From positions 8,109-72,108 of the forward strand of contig DBRW01000030.1 of assembly GCA_002306075.1 (NCBI GenBank): a stretch of DNA of 64,000 nucleotides, in the 5' to 3' direction. Source of the DNA: Synergistaceae bacterium UBA1358. GTDB taxonomy: Bacteria > Synergistota > Synergistia > Synergistales > Synergistaceae. The position numbers and the translations under genes are program-made. Below, one piece after another: positions 8,868 to 19,807 of this stretch (positions are counted from its first letter, which is position 1; each line of letters begins with the position of its first letter). Below the pieces are notes generated by a model. It did no database searches. It worked only from the letters and a program-made list of their open reading frames with translations, and was not told where the DNA came from.

Positions 8868-10421
8868 ATGATCGATCGAGTACGAATTTTCGACACGACA
8901 CTGAGAGACGGAGAACAGGCTGCCAGGATCAACCTGAACAAGGGCGAGAAACTGCAGATAGCCCGCCAGCTTGCCCGACTTGGCGTCGACGTCATAGAGG
9001 CGGGTTTCCCCGCTTCGTCACCCGGCGACTTTGAATCCGTACAGGCAATAGCCCGTGAGATAAAAGGCCCGATCATAGCGGGTCTTGCGAGGACCAGAGC
9101 TGAGGATATCAGGAGTGCCGCGGAAGCCGTAAAGGACGCGGAGCACCCCCGTATACACACATTCATAGCAACAAGCCCCATACACATGGAGTATAAGCTC
9201 AAGCTGGACAAGGAAGGCGTGCTTGCGGAGGTCCGCAGCGGAGTCAGCCTGGCAAAGTCACTTATAGACGACGTTGAATTCTCGGCAGAGGATGCAAGCC
9301 GCTCCGAGATGTCCTTCCTGATAGAAGTCTTCAGGACCGCGGTCGAATGCGGCGCAACTACGCTCAACATCCCTGACACTGTAGGATATGCCCAGCCCGA
9401 CGAGTTTTATGCCTTTGTGAAAGAGATAATCAAGGGTGTCAATCCTCCCGAAAATGTTGTCTGGTCGGTACACTGCCACAACGACCTCGGCCTTGGGGTA
9501 GCGAACTCGCTTGCAGCTGTGAGGGCAGGCGCGAGGCAGGTCGAATGCACTATAAACGGCCTTGGAGAGCGTGCGGGCAACGCCTCTATGGAAGAGATAG
9601 TTATGGCGCTCAACACCAGGGCAGACCAGTATCCGGCAAAAACAGCGATCGACACTACAAAGCTTTACAGCACCAGCAAGCTCGTATCTCACCTGACCGG
9701 AGTCATGGTGCAGCCAAACAAGGCGATCGTGGGGCTGAACGCTTTTTCTCATGAGGCAGGCATACACCAGCACGGAATGCTCTGCAACAGGGCCACATAC
9801 GAGATCATGACACCGGAGACCGTCGGTGCCCCGGCCTCAGATCTCTTCCTCGGAAAGCACTCCGGACGCCACGCATTCAGGGACAGGCTCGAGAGCATGG
9901 GTTATCAGCTCTCAAAGGAAGACATCGAAACCGGCTTTAAGTACTTCAAGGAACTGTGCGACAAGAAAAAAGACGTAAGCGACGGAGACATCGAGGCACT
10001 GATACTCGACAGGGTACTCTCTTTCGTTCCTGAAAGAAGATATGTTCTCAAAGACTATGCCGTCCACGTAGGGACAGGAAGCAAACCTACGGCAAGCGTG
10101 ACCCTCACCTCGGGAGATGTTGACTATACCGAGGCAGCGGTCGGCAACGGACCCGTAGACGCGTCCTACAACGCTGTGAAGAAGATCCTCGGATTCTCCC
10201 CTCAGCTTAAGGGCTTCAGGATCGGCGCCACCAGCGAACGTTCCGATGCTCAGGGCGAGACCAGGATAGTGCTCCACTACAAGGACATCCAGGCTCAGGG
10301 ACGCGGCACGAGCACCGACGTCATCGAATCATCGATCCGCGCATATGTGGACGCGATAAACAGACTGTACGCAGCAGCTGCGGCAAAGGAGATAAAGCTC
10401 AATGGCAATGACTCTCGCTGA
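8868..10421 (+). CDS. leuA: 2-isopropylmalate synthase
   Basis: [31 protein letters not shown], regulatory domain GNGPVDA. Confidence 0.95.
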   Translation: MIDRVRIFDTTLRDGEQAARINLNKGEKLQIARQLARLGVDVIEAGFPASSPGDFESVQAIAREIKGPIIAGLARTRAEDIRSAAEAVKDAEHPRIHTFIATSPIHMEYKLKLDKEGVLAEVRSGVSLAKSLIDDVEFSAEDASRSEMSFLIEVFRTAVECGATTLNIPDTVGYAQPDEFYAFVKEIIKGVNPPENVVWSVHCHNDLGLGVANSLAAVRAGARQVECTINGLGERAGNASMEEIVMALNTRADQYPAKTAIDTTKLYSTSKLVSHLTGVMVQPNKAIVGLNAFSHEAGIHQHGMLCNRATYEIMTPETVGAPASDLFLGKHSGRHAFRDRLESMGYQLSKEDIETGFKYFKELCDKKKDVSDGDIEALILDRVLSFVPERRYVLKDYAVHVGTGSKPTASVTLTSGDVDYTEAAVGNGPVDASYNAVKKILGFSPQLKGFRIGATSERSDAQGETRIVLHYKDIQAQGRGTSTDVIESSIRAYVDAINRLYAAAAAKEIKLNGNDSR

Positions 10422-11661
10422 GGCGATAATAGCAAAACATACCAAGGATCCTGTCGAGGCGGGAGCTATCTGCCGCGTGAACGTTGACTTCGCTTTCACG
10501 AACGACATAACGGGACCTCCCGCGATAAAAGAGTTCAGAAAAATGGGAGCCCAAAAGGTCTTCGATCCGCAGCGCTGTGCGGTCCTGCCTGACCACTTTT
10601 CACCCGCCAAGGATATCGCTTCCGCTGAACAGATCAAGGAATGCCGTGAATTTGCGGAGGAACAGGGCATGCTGTTCTGGGAAGTCGGCAGAGTCGGGGT
10701 GGAACATACCTTCCTCCCCGAAAACGGACTGGTCCTCCCGGGCGAGATAGTGCTGGGCGCCGACAGCCACACCTGCACTCACGGAGCCATGGGTGCCCTT
10801 GCCACCGGTGTAGGCTCGACAGACCTCGCTGCGGCATGGGCGCTCGGAGAGACATGGCTGAGGGTCCCCGAAACGATGAAGGTATCTTACGAGGGTACTC
10901 CCTCCGAGTGGCTCTGCGGAAAGGACATGATCCTCGCGCTCATAGGGAAAATAGGAGTCGAGGGAGCCCGTTACATGGCTCTCGAGTTCCACGGCGATGC
11001 GCTTGAGGGACTGGGGCTTGACGACCGGTTCACCCTCTCGAACATGGCTATCGAGGCCGGGGGAAAGACCGGACTCATCAACCCCGATGACAAGCTCCTG
11101 GAATACGCCCGTGACCGTGCCGCCAGGCCCTTTGAACCGCTCTTTGCCGACAGGGACGCATCGTATGCAGGCTCAGTCACGATAAATGTGAGCGACATGG
11201 AGCCAATGGTCGCCATGCCCCATCTTCCGGAAAACGTAAAGCCCGTATCAGAAGTCTCGGGAACACATGTCGACCAGGTCTTCATAGGATCATGCACAAA
11301 CGGCAGGATCAGCGACTTAAGAAGCGCAGCGAAGGTCCTCAAGGGGAAAAAAGTACATAATAAGACAAGGCTCATGATCATACCGGCATCTTACGAGGTT
11401 TACCGCCAGGCAATGAAGGAAGGCCTTTTCGACATATTCCTCGACGCGGGCGCGGCGATCTCGACACCAAGCTGCGGTCCGTGCCTTGGCGGACACCTAG
11501 GCATACTTGCCGCAGACGAACGCTGCATATCTACAAGCAACAGAAATTTCGTAGGCAGGATGGGATCCCCGAAAAGCGAAGTCGTACTCTCAGGACCCAT
11601 GGTAGCGGCGGCTTCGGCTGTAGCGGGCCACATCTGCCATCCGAAGGAAATAACGGGCTAG
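10402..11661 (+). CDS. leuC: 3-isopropylmalate dehydratase large subunit
   Basis: [34 protein letters not shown]. Confidence 0.95.
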   Translation: MAMTLAEAIIAKHTKDPVEAGAICRVNVDFAFTNDITGPPAIKEFRKMGAQKVFDPQRCAVLPDHFSPAKDIASAEQIKECREFAEEQGMLFWEVGRVGVEHTFLPENGLVLPGEIVLGADSHTCTHGAMGALATGVGSTDLAAAWALGETWLRVPETMKVSYEGTPSEWLCGKDMILALIGKIGVEGARYMALEFHGDALEGLGLDDRFTLSNMAIEAGGKTGLINPDDKLLEYARDRAARPFEPLFADRDASYAGSVTINVSDMEPMVAMPHLPENVKPVSEVSGTHVDQVFIGSCTNGRISDLRSAAKVLKGKKVHNKTRLMIIPASYEVYRQAMKEGLFDIFLDAGAAISTPSCGPCLGGHLGILAADERCISTSNRNFVGRMGSPKSEVVLSGPMVAAASAVAGHICHPKEITG

Positions 11662-11666
11662 GGGGC

Positions 11667-12170
11667 ATGGAGATGGAGACGATCTTAAAAGGAAAAGCGT
11701 GGGTATACGGCGACAATGTTGACACGGATGTCATCATCCCCGCAAGGTATCTTGTCACCAGCGACGAAAGATCACTTGCCGCCCACTGCATGGAAGACAT
11801 AGACGCCTCTTACGCCGGAGGAGTAGTGAAGGGCGACATGATCGTAGCCGGAAACAACTTTGGCTGCGGATCCAGCAGGGAACATGCCCCGATAGCCATA
11901 AAGGGCTCAGGGGCCTCCTGTGTGATAGCCAGATCATTCGCGCGCATATTTTACCGCAATGCGATAAACATCGGCCTCCCGATACTTGAATGTACGGAGA
12001 CCGGGCGGATAACGAAAGACGATATCATAGAGGTGGATCTGGCAAAAGGGACGATAACAAACAGGACGAAGGGCGAGACATACAACGCAAAACCCTTTCC
12101 CGATTTTCTCCAGAACCTGATCGGCCTTGGAGGTCTCGTACCTTACGTCAGGGCAAGACTATCTGAATAA
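11667..12170 (+). CDS. leuD: 3-isopropylmalate dehydratase small subunit
   Basis: [41 protein letters not shown]; start at 11667 or 11673. Confidence 0.95.
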   Translation: MEMETILKGKAWVYGDNVDTDVIIPARYLVTSDERSLAAHCMEDIDASYAGGVVKGDMIVAGNNFGCGSSREHAPIAIKGSGASCVIARSFARIFYRNAINIGLPILECTETGRITKDDIIEVDLAKGTITNRTKGETYNAKPFPDFLQNLIGLGGLVPYVRARLSE

Positions 12171-12184
12171 GGGGCGACAGAGAG

Positions 12185-13315
12185 ATGAAAAAATATAAAA
12201 TAGCGGTCATTCCGGGCGACGGAATAGGCCCGGAAGTCATAGGCGAAGCGATCAAAGTTCTGGACAGGTGCGGGGAAAAATTCTCATTCTCTTTCGAATG
12301 GGAGAAATTCCCTTACGGGGCAGGGCACTACCTTGCCACCGGCGAAGTGATGCCGGAAGAGGCGATGGAGCATATGTCCCGTTGCGACGCCATGCTCCTC
12401 GGAGCCATCGGCGACCCCCGGGTAAAGCCTGGCATACTTGAACAGGGCATACTCCTTGCCTTTCGTTTTTACTTTGATCAGTATGTGAATCTGCGCCCGG
12501 CCTTTTCACTGCCTAAGGTGCATACCCCTGTCGACCTGAAGGGGACGAAGATGGACTCCGTGGTGGTTCGTGAAAACACTGAGGACCTCTATATGTGCAT
12601 CGGAGGAACTACTGAGACCGGGGAACTTGAGCTTCCTGTGGAAGTCAGCAGGGGCAGCTATGAACTCAAAGGCAGGATGAGCCTTAAGACTGACCCGGCA
12701 TGTCCCTTCGCTGCCCAGGCCGCCATAAACAGCAGGCTCGGAGTTGAGAGGATAACCAGATATGCCTGTGAGCTCGCAAAAAAGCGCGATGAGGATACCG
12801 TAACTGTTGTATCAAAATCCAACGCAGTATCGGCCCTCTACGGATTCTTCGAGGAAAACGCGAAGAGGGTCATGGCAGATGAATATCCCGAGCTGAAATA
12901 TGCCATGGTAAACGTGGATGCACTATGCTATCACCTGGTCCGCAATCCAGCGGCATATGGGGTCCTTCTCTGCCCCAACCTGTTCGGCGACATAATCAGC
13001 GACCTCCAGGCGGGCCTTGCGGGAGGGCTGGGGACAGCTGCAGGAGGAAACATCGGGGACGGCCTCTCGATGTTTGAACCTGTACACGGATCGGCTCCCG
13101 ACATAGCCGGGACAGGCAGAGCCAACCCTGTAGCGGCAATACTTTCAGGAGCTCTGATGCTGGAACATCTTGGCGAGGCAGACGCTTCAAAGACCGTAAA
13201 CAGCGCCGTGTCGGATTTCCTTGAAAATGCCCTGGAAAGTGAGCTGCCCTTTGAATTCGGAGGAAAAGCCTCTTTCGAAGAGGTCGGAGAAAAGATCAGG
13301 AAGTACATCAGGTAA
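12185..13315 (+). CDS. leuB: 3-isopropylmalate dehydrogenase
   Basis: PGDGIGPEV, VRENTEDLY, NLFGDIISDL, FEPVHGSAPDIAG; operon context. Confidence 0.9.
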   Translation: MKKYKIAVIPGDGIGPEVIGEAIKVLDRCGEKFSFSFEWEKFPYGAGHYLATGEVMPEEAMEHMSRCDAMLLGAIGDPRVKPGILEQGILLAFRFYFDQYVNLRPAFSLPKVHTPVDLKGTKMDSVVVRENTEDLYMCIGGTTETGELELPVEVSRGSYELKGRMSLKTDPACPFAAQAAINSRLGVERITRYACELAKKRDEDTVTVVSKSNAVSALYGFFEENAKRVMADEYPELKYAMVNVDALCYHLVRNPAAYGVLLCPNLFGDIISDLQAGLAGGLGTAAGGNIGDGLSMFEPVHGSAPDIAGTGRANPVAAILSGALMLEHLGEADASKTVNSAVSDFLENALESELPFEFGGKASFEEVGEKIRKYIR

Positions 13316-13376
13316 TTTTATTGTCAGCCCCGGCAAGGGGCGGAAGACGGTCGTTCTACAATAGGAGGTATATCCA

Positions 13377-15059
13377 ATGGCAAAGATGAACGGAGCCCAA
13401 ATGGTGGTCAAGTCCCTTGAAGCAGAAGGAGTGGACACGATATTCGGACTGCCCGGCGGAACTGTTATCCACCTTTATGACGCAATATATGATTCAAAGA
13501 TCAACCATGTCCTGATGCGCCATGAACAGGCAGCTTCGCATGCAGCTGACGGATACGCCAGAGTAAGCGGGAAACCCGGCGTATGCATTGCAACATCAGG
13601 CCCCGGGGCGACTAACCTTGTGACCGGGATCGCTACTGCAAACCTGGACTCCGTTCCGATGGTCGCGATCACGGGACAGGTGGCCACGACCATGATAGGG
13701 ACAGACGCTTTCCAGGAGGCAGATATAATGGGAGCCACTATTCCTCTCGTAAAGCACAGCATGCAGGTCCGTACGCCCGAACAGATACCGGTCGCTGTGA
13801 AAAAAGCCTTTTACATAGCATCGACAGGCAGGCCCGGTCCGGTTCTGATAGATGTCCCTGCCGACGTGCAGAAGGGTTTCGGGGAGTTCAAATATCCCCA
13901 AAGCATAAGCTTTCCCGGGTACGACCCGGAAAGGGGAGCAGACCTGAGCCAACTTGACGCGGCAGTTTCCCTCCTCGAGCATGCGGAGAGACCGGTCATC
14001 TTTGCGGGAGGCGGAGTGATCAGGTCAGGTGCGGCGGGAAAACTTACAGAGCTCGCTGAAAAACTTGAAATACCCGTAGTCACATCGCTGCTCGGAAAGG
14101 GATCGTTCCCTGAATCTCATCCTCTTGGTCTTTCTTTGGGAATGGCAGGAATGCACGGACACCCCGTAGCGAACAGGGCATTGATGACGGCTGACGTTAT
14201 ACTCGCGGTCGGTTCGCGTTTCAGCGACAGGAGCACGGGAAAGAGGTCGAGCTTCGCATCGGAGGCAAAGATAATACACATCGACCTGGACCCCGCTGAG
14301 ATAGACAAGGCAATAGAGTCCGAGGTCTGGCTTGTTGGCGATGCGGGAAAGATAATCGACGCGATCAGAAAGTCCATCAGCAAAAAATATTTCGACAGGT
14401 CACACTGGCTTGAGGAGCTTGAACTGATCCGTCAGAAGGAACCTCTTCCCAGAAATGAATATGCGGGGGAGATAGCCCCATGGCAGGTCATAGAAACGCT
14501 GAGGGAGATAACCGGAGGAAAGTCCGTCCTGACGACTGAGGTTGGTCAGCACCAGATGTGGGCTGCACTCCACTACAAGGTGGAAGAACCTCGCCGTTTT
14601 GTCACTTCCGGAGGTCTGGGCACAATGGGTTTCGGCTTCCCGTCAGCGATAGGAGCAGCTCTCGCCTGCCCGGGTCAGCATGTATGCTGTATAGCGGGCG
14701 ACGGCAGTTTTATGATGAACATACAGGAACTCGACACCTGTGCGCGTTACAATATACCCGTAAAGGTTTTTATCCTCAACAACTCCTGCCTTGGCATGGT
14801 CCGCCAGTGGCAGCAGCTCTTCTATGAGCACCGCTACTCGAATACCATCTACAACCGGAATCCCGATTTCGTAAAGATAGCAGAGGGTATGGGAGTCAGC
14901 GGCTTCTCGGCAACAAGGCCCGAGGAGATAAGGAAAACGATAGAGGCTGCCCTGAAGGTGCCCGGGCCTGCACTTGTGGACTTCAGGATACCGCAGGGCG
15001 CGCTGGTCCTTCCGATGGTACCGCCGGGCGGATCGATAGACAAGATGATACTGAACTGA
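13377..15059 (+). CDS. ilvB: Acetolactate synthase large subunit
   Basis: [33 protein letters not shown] motif GDGSF..N. Confidence 0.95.
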   Translation: MAKMNGAQMVVKSLEAEGVDTIFGLPGGTVIHLYDAIYDSKINHVLMRHEQAASHAADGYARVSGKPGVCIATSGPGATNLVTGIATANLDSVPMVAITGQVATTMIGTDAFQEADIMGATIPLVKHSMQVRTPEQIPVAVKKAFYIASTGRPGPVLIDVPADVQKGFGEFKYPQSISFPGYDPERGADLSQLDAAVSLLEHAERPVIFAGGGVIRSGAAGKLTELAEKLEIPVVTSLLGKGSFPESHPLGLSLGMAGMHGHPVANRALMTADVILAVGSRFSDRSTGKRSSFASEAKIIHIDLDPAEIDKAIESEVWLVGDAGKIIDAIRKSISKKYFDRSHWLEELELIRQKEPLPRNEYAGEIAPWQVIETLREITGGKSVLTTEVGQHQMWAALHYKVEEPRRFVTSGGLGTMGFGFPSAIGAALACPGQHVCCIAGDGSFMMNIQELDTCARYNIPVKVFILNNSCLGMVRQWQQLFYEHRYSNTIYNRNPDFVKIAEGMGVSGFSATRPEEIRKTIEAALKVPGPALVDFRIPQGALVLPMVPPGGSIDKMILN

Positions 15060-15075
15060 GGGGAAGGATCCGGAA

Positions 15076-16746
15076 ATGAACAGCGACAAAGCAAAAAAAG
15101 GTTATCAGAGAAGCCCGCACCGCTCCCTGCTGAAGGCTGCGGGATACACTGACTGGGAAATAGAACGCCCATGGATAGGGGTCGCGAATTCCTATAACGC
15201 AATAATCCCCGGACATGTCCATCTGAAGACCATTACAGAGGCAGTGAAGGCAGGGATATACGCAGCAGGCGGACTACCGATCGAATTTCCCGTGATCGGC
15301 GTCTGCGACGGCATTGCAATGAACCACGAGGGAATGAAGTTCTCCCTTCCCAGCCGCGAGCTGATCATGGATTCAATAGAGATAATGGCAAAGGGACACG
15401 CATTCGACGGACTTGTCCTGGTAACGAACTGCGACAAGATCGTCCCCGGCATGGCAATGGCCGCGGCAAAGCTGAACCTTCCGTCTGTTGTCATCTCCGG
15501 AGGGCCGATGATGGCCGGCACAATTAAGGGGAGGGTCCTGGACCTCAACAGCGTCTTCGAGGGCGTCGGGATGAAGGCTGCGGGCAAGATTTCGGATGAA
15601 GAGCTCAGGGACGTGGAAGACAACGCCTGCCCCGGATGCGGATCCTGCTCGGGGATGTTTACAGCAAACACCATGAACTGCATGATGGAGGCCCTGGGGC
15701 TTGGACTTACGGGAAACGGCACCATACCGGCAGTACATGCGGGCCGTGTGCGCCTTGCTAAGGACGCGGGGCGGGCCGTGATGGGTCTGATAGAGAAAAA
15801 CATCAGGCCGAGGGACATCCTCACCATGAAAGCTTTTGAAAACGCACTTGCGGTGGATCTGGCGCTCGGAGGTTCCACCAACACTTCTCTTCACCTTCCT
15901 GCCATAGCATGGGCAGCCGGCCTTAAACTTCCCCTTGAACTCTTCAACGAGATCGGCGCGAGGGTCCCGCACCTATGCTCGATGAGCCCCGGAGGCCATC
16001 ACCACATAGAAGACCTCTGGCAGGCCGGCGGCGTTGAGGGACTCATGGCAAGGCTGCTTGAAAAGGGACTCATCCACGGAGAACTGATCACAGTGACCGG
16101 CAGAAGCGTCAGAGAGAACCTAAGCAAGGCAAAGGTCGTGAACGACAACGTCATCCGCCCTGTCGAAGACCCCTACCATAAGGAGGGAGGACTGGCCTTC
16201 ATCAAGGGCACCCTCGCTCCTCTGGGCGCCATAGTAAAGCAGTCCGCGGTACTTCCCGAGATGCTTGTACACGAGGGCCCTGCACGGGTCTTCGACTGCG
16301 AGGAAGATGCAAGCAAGGCCATCCTTAACAACGGGATAAATGACGGAGACGTCGTAGTCATCCGTTTCGAAGGACCAAAGGGAGGGCCCGGTATGCGCGA
16401 GATGCTCACGCCGACCTCGGCGATAATGGGGCAGGGTAAGGGAGGAACAGTAGCCCTTATCACAGATGGCCGATTCTCGGGAGCCACAAGGGGCGCCTCG
16501 ATCGGGCATGTCTCTCCGGAAGCTGCAGTGGGCGGGCCGATCGGACTCGTTGAAGAGGGGGACATCATATCGATCGACATCCCCGCCAAAAGGCTCGACC
16601 TCAAGGTGAGTGAGGAAGTCCTTGCAAGAAGAAGGGAAAAATTCGTACCCTGGGTACAGCCGGTGGAGAGTCCCTTCCTAACAAGGTACAGGGAATTTGC
16701 AAGCTCCGGCGTAGAGGGCGCCGTACTGAGGGATAAACCACTGTAA
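15076..16746 (+). CDS. ilvD: Dihydroxy-acid dehydratase
   Basis: [40 protein letters not shown]. Confidence 0.97.
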   Translation: MNSDKAKKGYQRSPHRSLLKAAGYTDWEIERPWIGVANSYNAIIPGHVHLKTITEAVKAGIYAAGGLPIEFPVIGVCDGIAMNHEGMKFSLPSRELIMDSIEIMAKGHAFDGLVLVTNCDKIVPGMAMAAAKLNLPSVVISGGPMMAGTIKGRVLDLNSVFEGVGMKAAGKISDEELRDVEDNACPGCGSCSGMFTANTMNCMMEALGLGLTGNGTIPAVHAGRVRLAKDAGRAVMGLIEKNIRPRDILTMKAFENALAVDLALGGSTNTSLHLPAIAWAAGLKLPLELFNEIGARVPHLCSMSPGGHHHIEDLWQAGGVEGLMARLLEKGLIHGELITVTGRSVRENLSKAKVVNDNVIRPVEDPYHKEGGLAFIKGTLAPLGAIVKQSAVLPEMLVHEGPARVFDCEEDASKAILNNGINDGDVVVIRFEGPKGGPGMREMLTPTSAIMGQGKGGTVALITDGRFSGATRGASIGHVSPEAAVGGPIGLVEEGDIISIDIPAKRLDLKVSEEVLARRREKFVPWVQPVESPFLTRYREFASSGVEGAVLRDKPL

Positions 16747-16782
16747 AAGTTGCCGCTGTTTTGGCAAAGAGGATTTTAGAAT

Positions 16783-16822
16783 TATCAGGAGGTCTCGGAC
16801 TCAGAGGCTTCCTGATATTTTT
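16783..16822 (+). terminator. Terminator of the ilv-leu operon
   Basis: tatcaggaggtctc...gaggcttcctgata followed by T5. Confidence 0.7.
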
Positions 16823-16874
16823 ACCAAGCCTTGGAGGACAGATCTGAACCAATAAAAATTTTAATGCCCAATAA

Positions 16875-16938
16875 TCGCAACAGTGTTGCAAAAAACCCGG
16901 GACTCTCTTATACTCTCTTTGTTGATACTTAGTTGCAA
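16875..16938 (+). promoter_or_regulatory. modA promoter with two palindromic operator-like sites
   Basis: TTGCAA (16886-91)-N17-TATACT (16909-14); TCGCAAC-AGT-GTTGCAA (16875-91) overlaps -35; weaker TTGATAC-TTA-GTTGCAA (16922-38) next to the SD. Confidence 0.7.
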
Positions 16939-16953
16939 TAGGAGGTCTCTGAT

Positions 16954-17778
16954 ATGATCGTTCGAAAGTCTTTCAAGCTCTCTCTTATCTCCATCTTAAT
17001 ATTGGCACTCTCTGTTTTCGCCTTTCCTCTGCATGCCAATGCGGGGACAACGCTGACTGTATTTGCAGCAGCATCCATGACGGAATCCATGAATATGATC
17101 GCGGAAGCGTACAAAAAGTCGGCGCCTGATGTAAAGCTAGTCTACAATTTTGACTCCAGCGGCACCCTTAAGACGCAGATCGAGCAGGGCGCTGAGTGCG
17201 ATATTTTCATATCCGCAGGCCAGAAGCAGATGAATCAGATCGACATAAAGGCAGATCCCAAAGTGAACACGAAAAAGCTTGACCTGGTTCTGGAAGGGAC
17301 ACGCTTCAACATCGTCTCCAACAAGGTCGTAATGGTGGTCCCCAAAGGACATAACCCGAAAGGGATCAGCGACTTCAGGGACGCGGTCACTGAAAAAGTT
17401 TTTATAATCGCGCTTGGGAACTCGGATGTTCCGGTAGGCCAATACTCGGAAGAGATCTACAAAAACCTGGGCCTTTGGGACAAACTTAAAAGCATGAACA
17501 AGATAAGCTACGCGAGCAATGTCAAGGAAGTGCTCTCACAGGTGGCTGCAGGTGCAGTCGACTGCGGCATAGTTTACAGCACGGATGCAGCAACATCAAA
17601 GGGTGTTGATGTTGTCGCCGAAGCGCCAAAGGGAAGCCATAAGCCCATCACATACCCTGCCGCCATTTTGAAAAAAGCAAAAAACCCGGAAGCCGCAGCG
17701 GCATTCGTTGATTTTCTCAAGGGACCGGAAAGTTCAAAAATCTTTAACAAAATAGGATTTGCAGTTCCAGCCAAATAA
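16954..17778 (+). CDS. modA: Molybdate ABC transporter substrate-binding protein
   Basis: Signal peptide, VFAAAS, NFDSSGTL..QI..GA..DIFISA, VPVG.Y, VY.TDA. Confidence 0.93.
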   Translation: MIVRKSFKLSLISILILALSVFAFPLHANAGTTLTVFAAASMTESMNMIAEAYKKSAPDVKLVYNFDSSGTLKTQIEQGAECDIFISAGQKQMNQIDIKADPKVNTKKLDLVLEGTRFNIVSNKVVMVVPKGHNPKGISDFRDAVTEKVFIIALGNSDVPVGQYSEEIYKNLGLWDKLKSMNKISYASNVKEVLSQVAAGAVDCGIVYSTDAATSKGVDVVAEAPKGSHKPITYPAAILKKAKNPEAAAAFVDFLKGPESSKIFNKIGFAVPAK

Positions 17779-17862
17779 CAGGACCATGATCAATAAGGAG
17801 TGGTCATGCCTTGATAAAAGGCCGACCGCTCCTTTTCTTGAATGACCGGATAGGGGTAAGAT

Positions 17863-18561
17863 ATGGACTGGTTCCCACTTTATAATTCGTTGCGGGTGGC
17901 ATTGATCTCAACATTTTTTACTTTTTTTCTTGGTATTTTTGCCGCGCATTACATAGCGAAGACCCCCCGTTTTCTTAAAGGGCTGATCGACGGTGTCCTG
18001 ACACTCCCTTTGGTCTTGCCTCCGACTGTCATCGGATTTTTTTTGCTTAAAATGATCGGACCGCTTGGGCCTTTAGGTTCAAGGGTCCTTGAAGTCTTTG
18101 GATTCAAGCTGACCATGACTTGGTATTCAGCAATTTTTGCAACAACGATAATATCTTTTCCTCTTATGTACCGTACTGCCCGCGGCGCCTTCGAGTCATT
18201 TGACAGCACGCTGCTTTACTCCGGACAGACCCTGGGCCTGTCGGACACATTCCTCTTCTGGCGGGTCATCATGCCGAACTGTAAACAGGGCATACTTGCC
18301 GGTGCCGTACTGTCATTTGCACGCGCCCTCGGTGAGTTCGGCGCCACGACCATGGTAGCAGGCTATATCCCCGGGAGGACCGCAATAATTTCCACAACGG
18401 TATACCAGCTTTGGAGAGAAGGAAATGATGCACTTGCCTATAAGTGGGTGTTTATAAATCTTGTTATCTCGTTTATAGTGCTTACAGCTGTAAATATGCT
18501 TGAAAACCGTTATAAACAGCCTGTCGGTGCCGCCAAAAACCATTTCGACCATGAGGATTAG
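17863..18561 (+). CDS. modB: Molybdate ABC transporter permease
   Basis: LPLVLPPTVIGF, FPLMYR, FARALGEFGAT. Confidence 0.93.
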   Translation: MDWFPLYNSLRVALISTFFTFFLGIFAAHYIAKTPRFLKGLIDGVLTLPLVLPPTVIGFFLLKMIGPLGPLGSRVLEVFGFKLTMTWYSAIFATTIISFPLMYRTARGAFESFDSTLLYSGQTLGLSDTFLFWRVIMPNCKQGILAGAVLSFARALGEFGATTMVAGYIPGRTAIISTTVYQLWREGNDALAYKWVFINLVISFIVLTAVNMLENRYKQPVGAAKNHFDHED

Positions 18562-18570
18562 GGGCAGAAA

Positions 18571-19650
18571 ATGTCAGTATATGTAAAAATAAAAAAATCG
18601 TTCGGAAATTTCGTTCTGGACACTGAGTTTGAAGCTGAGAACGAGATCCTTGCCCTGCTCGGAGCTTCGGGGTCCGGCAAGAGCATGACGCTGAAATGCA
18701 TCGCCGGCATAGTCAAGCCGGATATGGGACGTATTGTCGTAGACGGCGTGACATTGTTTGATTCAGAAAAAAAGATCAACCTGAGCCCTCAGGAAAGGCA
18801 CGTCGGGCTGCTTTTCCAGAACTACGCCCTTTTCCCCAATATGACGGTCGAGCAGAATCTATGTGCCGTGATCAAAAGCTGCGGCAGAGGGAAGGACACG
18901 AAAGAAAAACTGGACACCCTGCTTGAAAGCTTTTATTTGACAGGACTTGAAAACCATTACCCCGTCCAGCTTTCGGGGGGACAACAGCAGCGTGTGGCCC
19001 TTGCGAGGATGATGGCAAGCGATCCCAAAATCATAATGCTTGATGAACCATTATCCGCCCTTGACAGTTACCTTCGCTGGCAGGTAGAAAAGGAGCTCAC
19101 GGAGATCCTGGAAAAATACAGGGGAACAACTCTGTATGTCTCCCATAACAGGGATGAAGTTTATAGGATATGCCGGAAAGTGTGTGTCATAAACGACGGA
19201 CGATCAGAAAAAGTCAGCTCGGTCGATGAATTTTTCAATGCTCCCCCTACACTTGCCTCAGCCCTTTTATCGGGATGCAAAAACTATTCAAAAATAAAAA
19301 AACTGTCAAACGACACAGTATATGCTGTCGATTGGAAAACCAACCTTAAGTGTTCGGCCCATGTCCCGGGTGACGCAGGATATATAGGTGTCAGGGCGCA
19401 CAGGATCCTTCCCCTGAGCAACAAGCATGGGGACCTGAATAAAATCAGCTGCCGGGTGCTGGAGATCAGACACGACCTCTTTTCGGTCATTGTTACAGTG
19501 GTTCCGGAAGATGCCGATCCCAGGAAGGAATTCTCCCGTATCCGGATGGAGCTGCCCTCTCTTGAAGACGACTCACTCCGCCCGGGAGACAGCATGGCAA
19601 TAAGCATCCCCCCGGAAATGATCATGCCTCTGAGAAACAGAATTATCTGA
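18571..19650 (+). CDS. modC: Molybdate ABC transporter ATP-binding protein
   Basis: GASGSGKS, LFQNYALFP, LSGGQQQRVALAR; TOBE-like C-terminus. Confidence 0.9.
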   Translation: MSVYVKIKKSFGNFVLDTEFEAENEILALLGASGSGKSMTLKCIAGIVKPDMGRIVVDGVTLFDSEKKINLSPQERHVGLLFQNYALFPNMTVEQNLCAVIKSCGRGKDTKEKLDTLLESFYLTGLENHYPVQLSGGQQQRVALARMMASDPKIIMLDEPLSALDSYLRWQVEKELTEILEKYRGTTLYVSHNRDEVYRICRKVCVINDGRSEKVSSVDEFFNAPPTLASALLSGCKNYSKIKKLSNDTVYAVDWKTNLKCSAHVPGDAGYIGVRAHRILPLSNKHGDLNKISCRVLEIRHDLFSVIVTVVPEDADPRKEFSRIRMELPSLEDDSLRPGDSMAISIPPEMIMPLRNRII

Positions 19651-19678
19651 AAGGCTGACGCCGACCTGCTCCAGATAA

Positions 19679-19714
19679 AAGGGGCGAAGATCTTTTAAGC
19701 TCTTCGGCCCTTTC
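19679..19714. terminator. Probable bidirectional terminator between modC and citF
   Basis: aaggggcgaaga...tcttcggcccttt imperfect hairpin flanked by A/T runs. Confidence 0.55.
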
Positions 19715-19807
19715 TCCGGTTACCGGCCGCTTTCTCCGATCATCCGAGTCAGGCGGTCACTTAAGTTTTATTTGAAACCTGTAAAAATGGCCGGACAAAG
19801 ACTTTCT

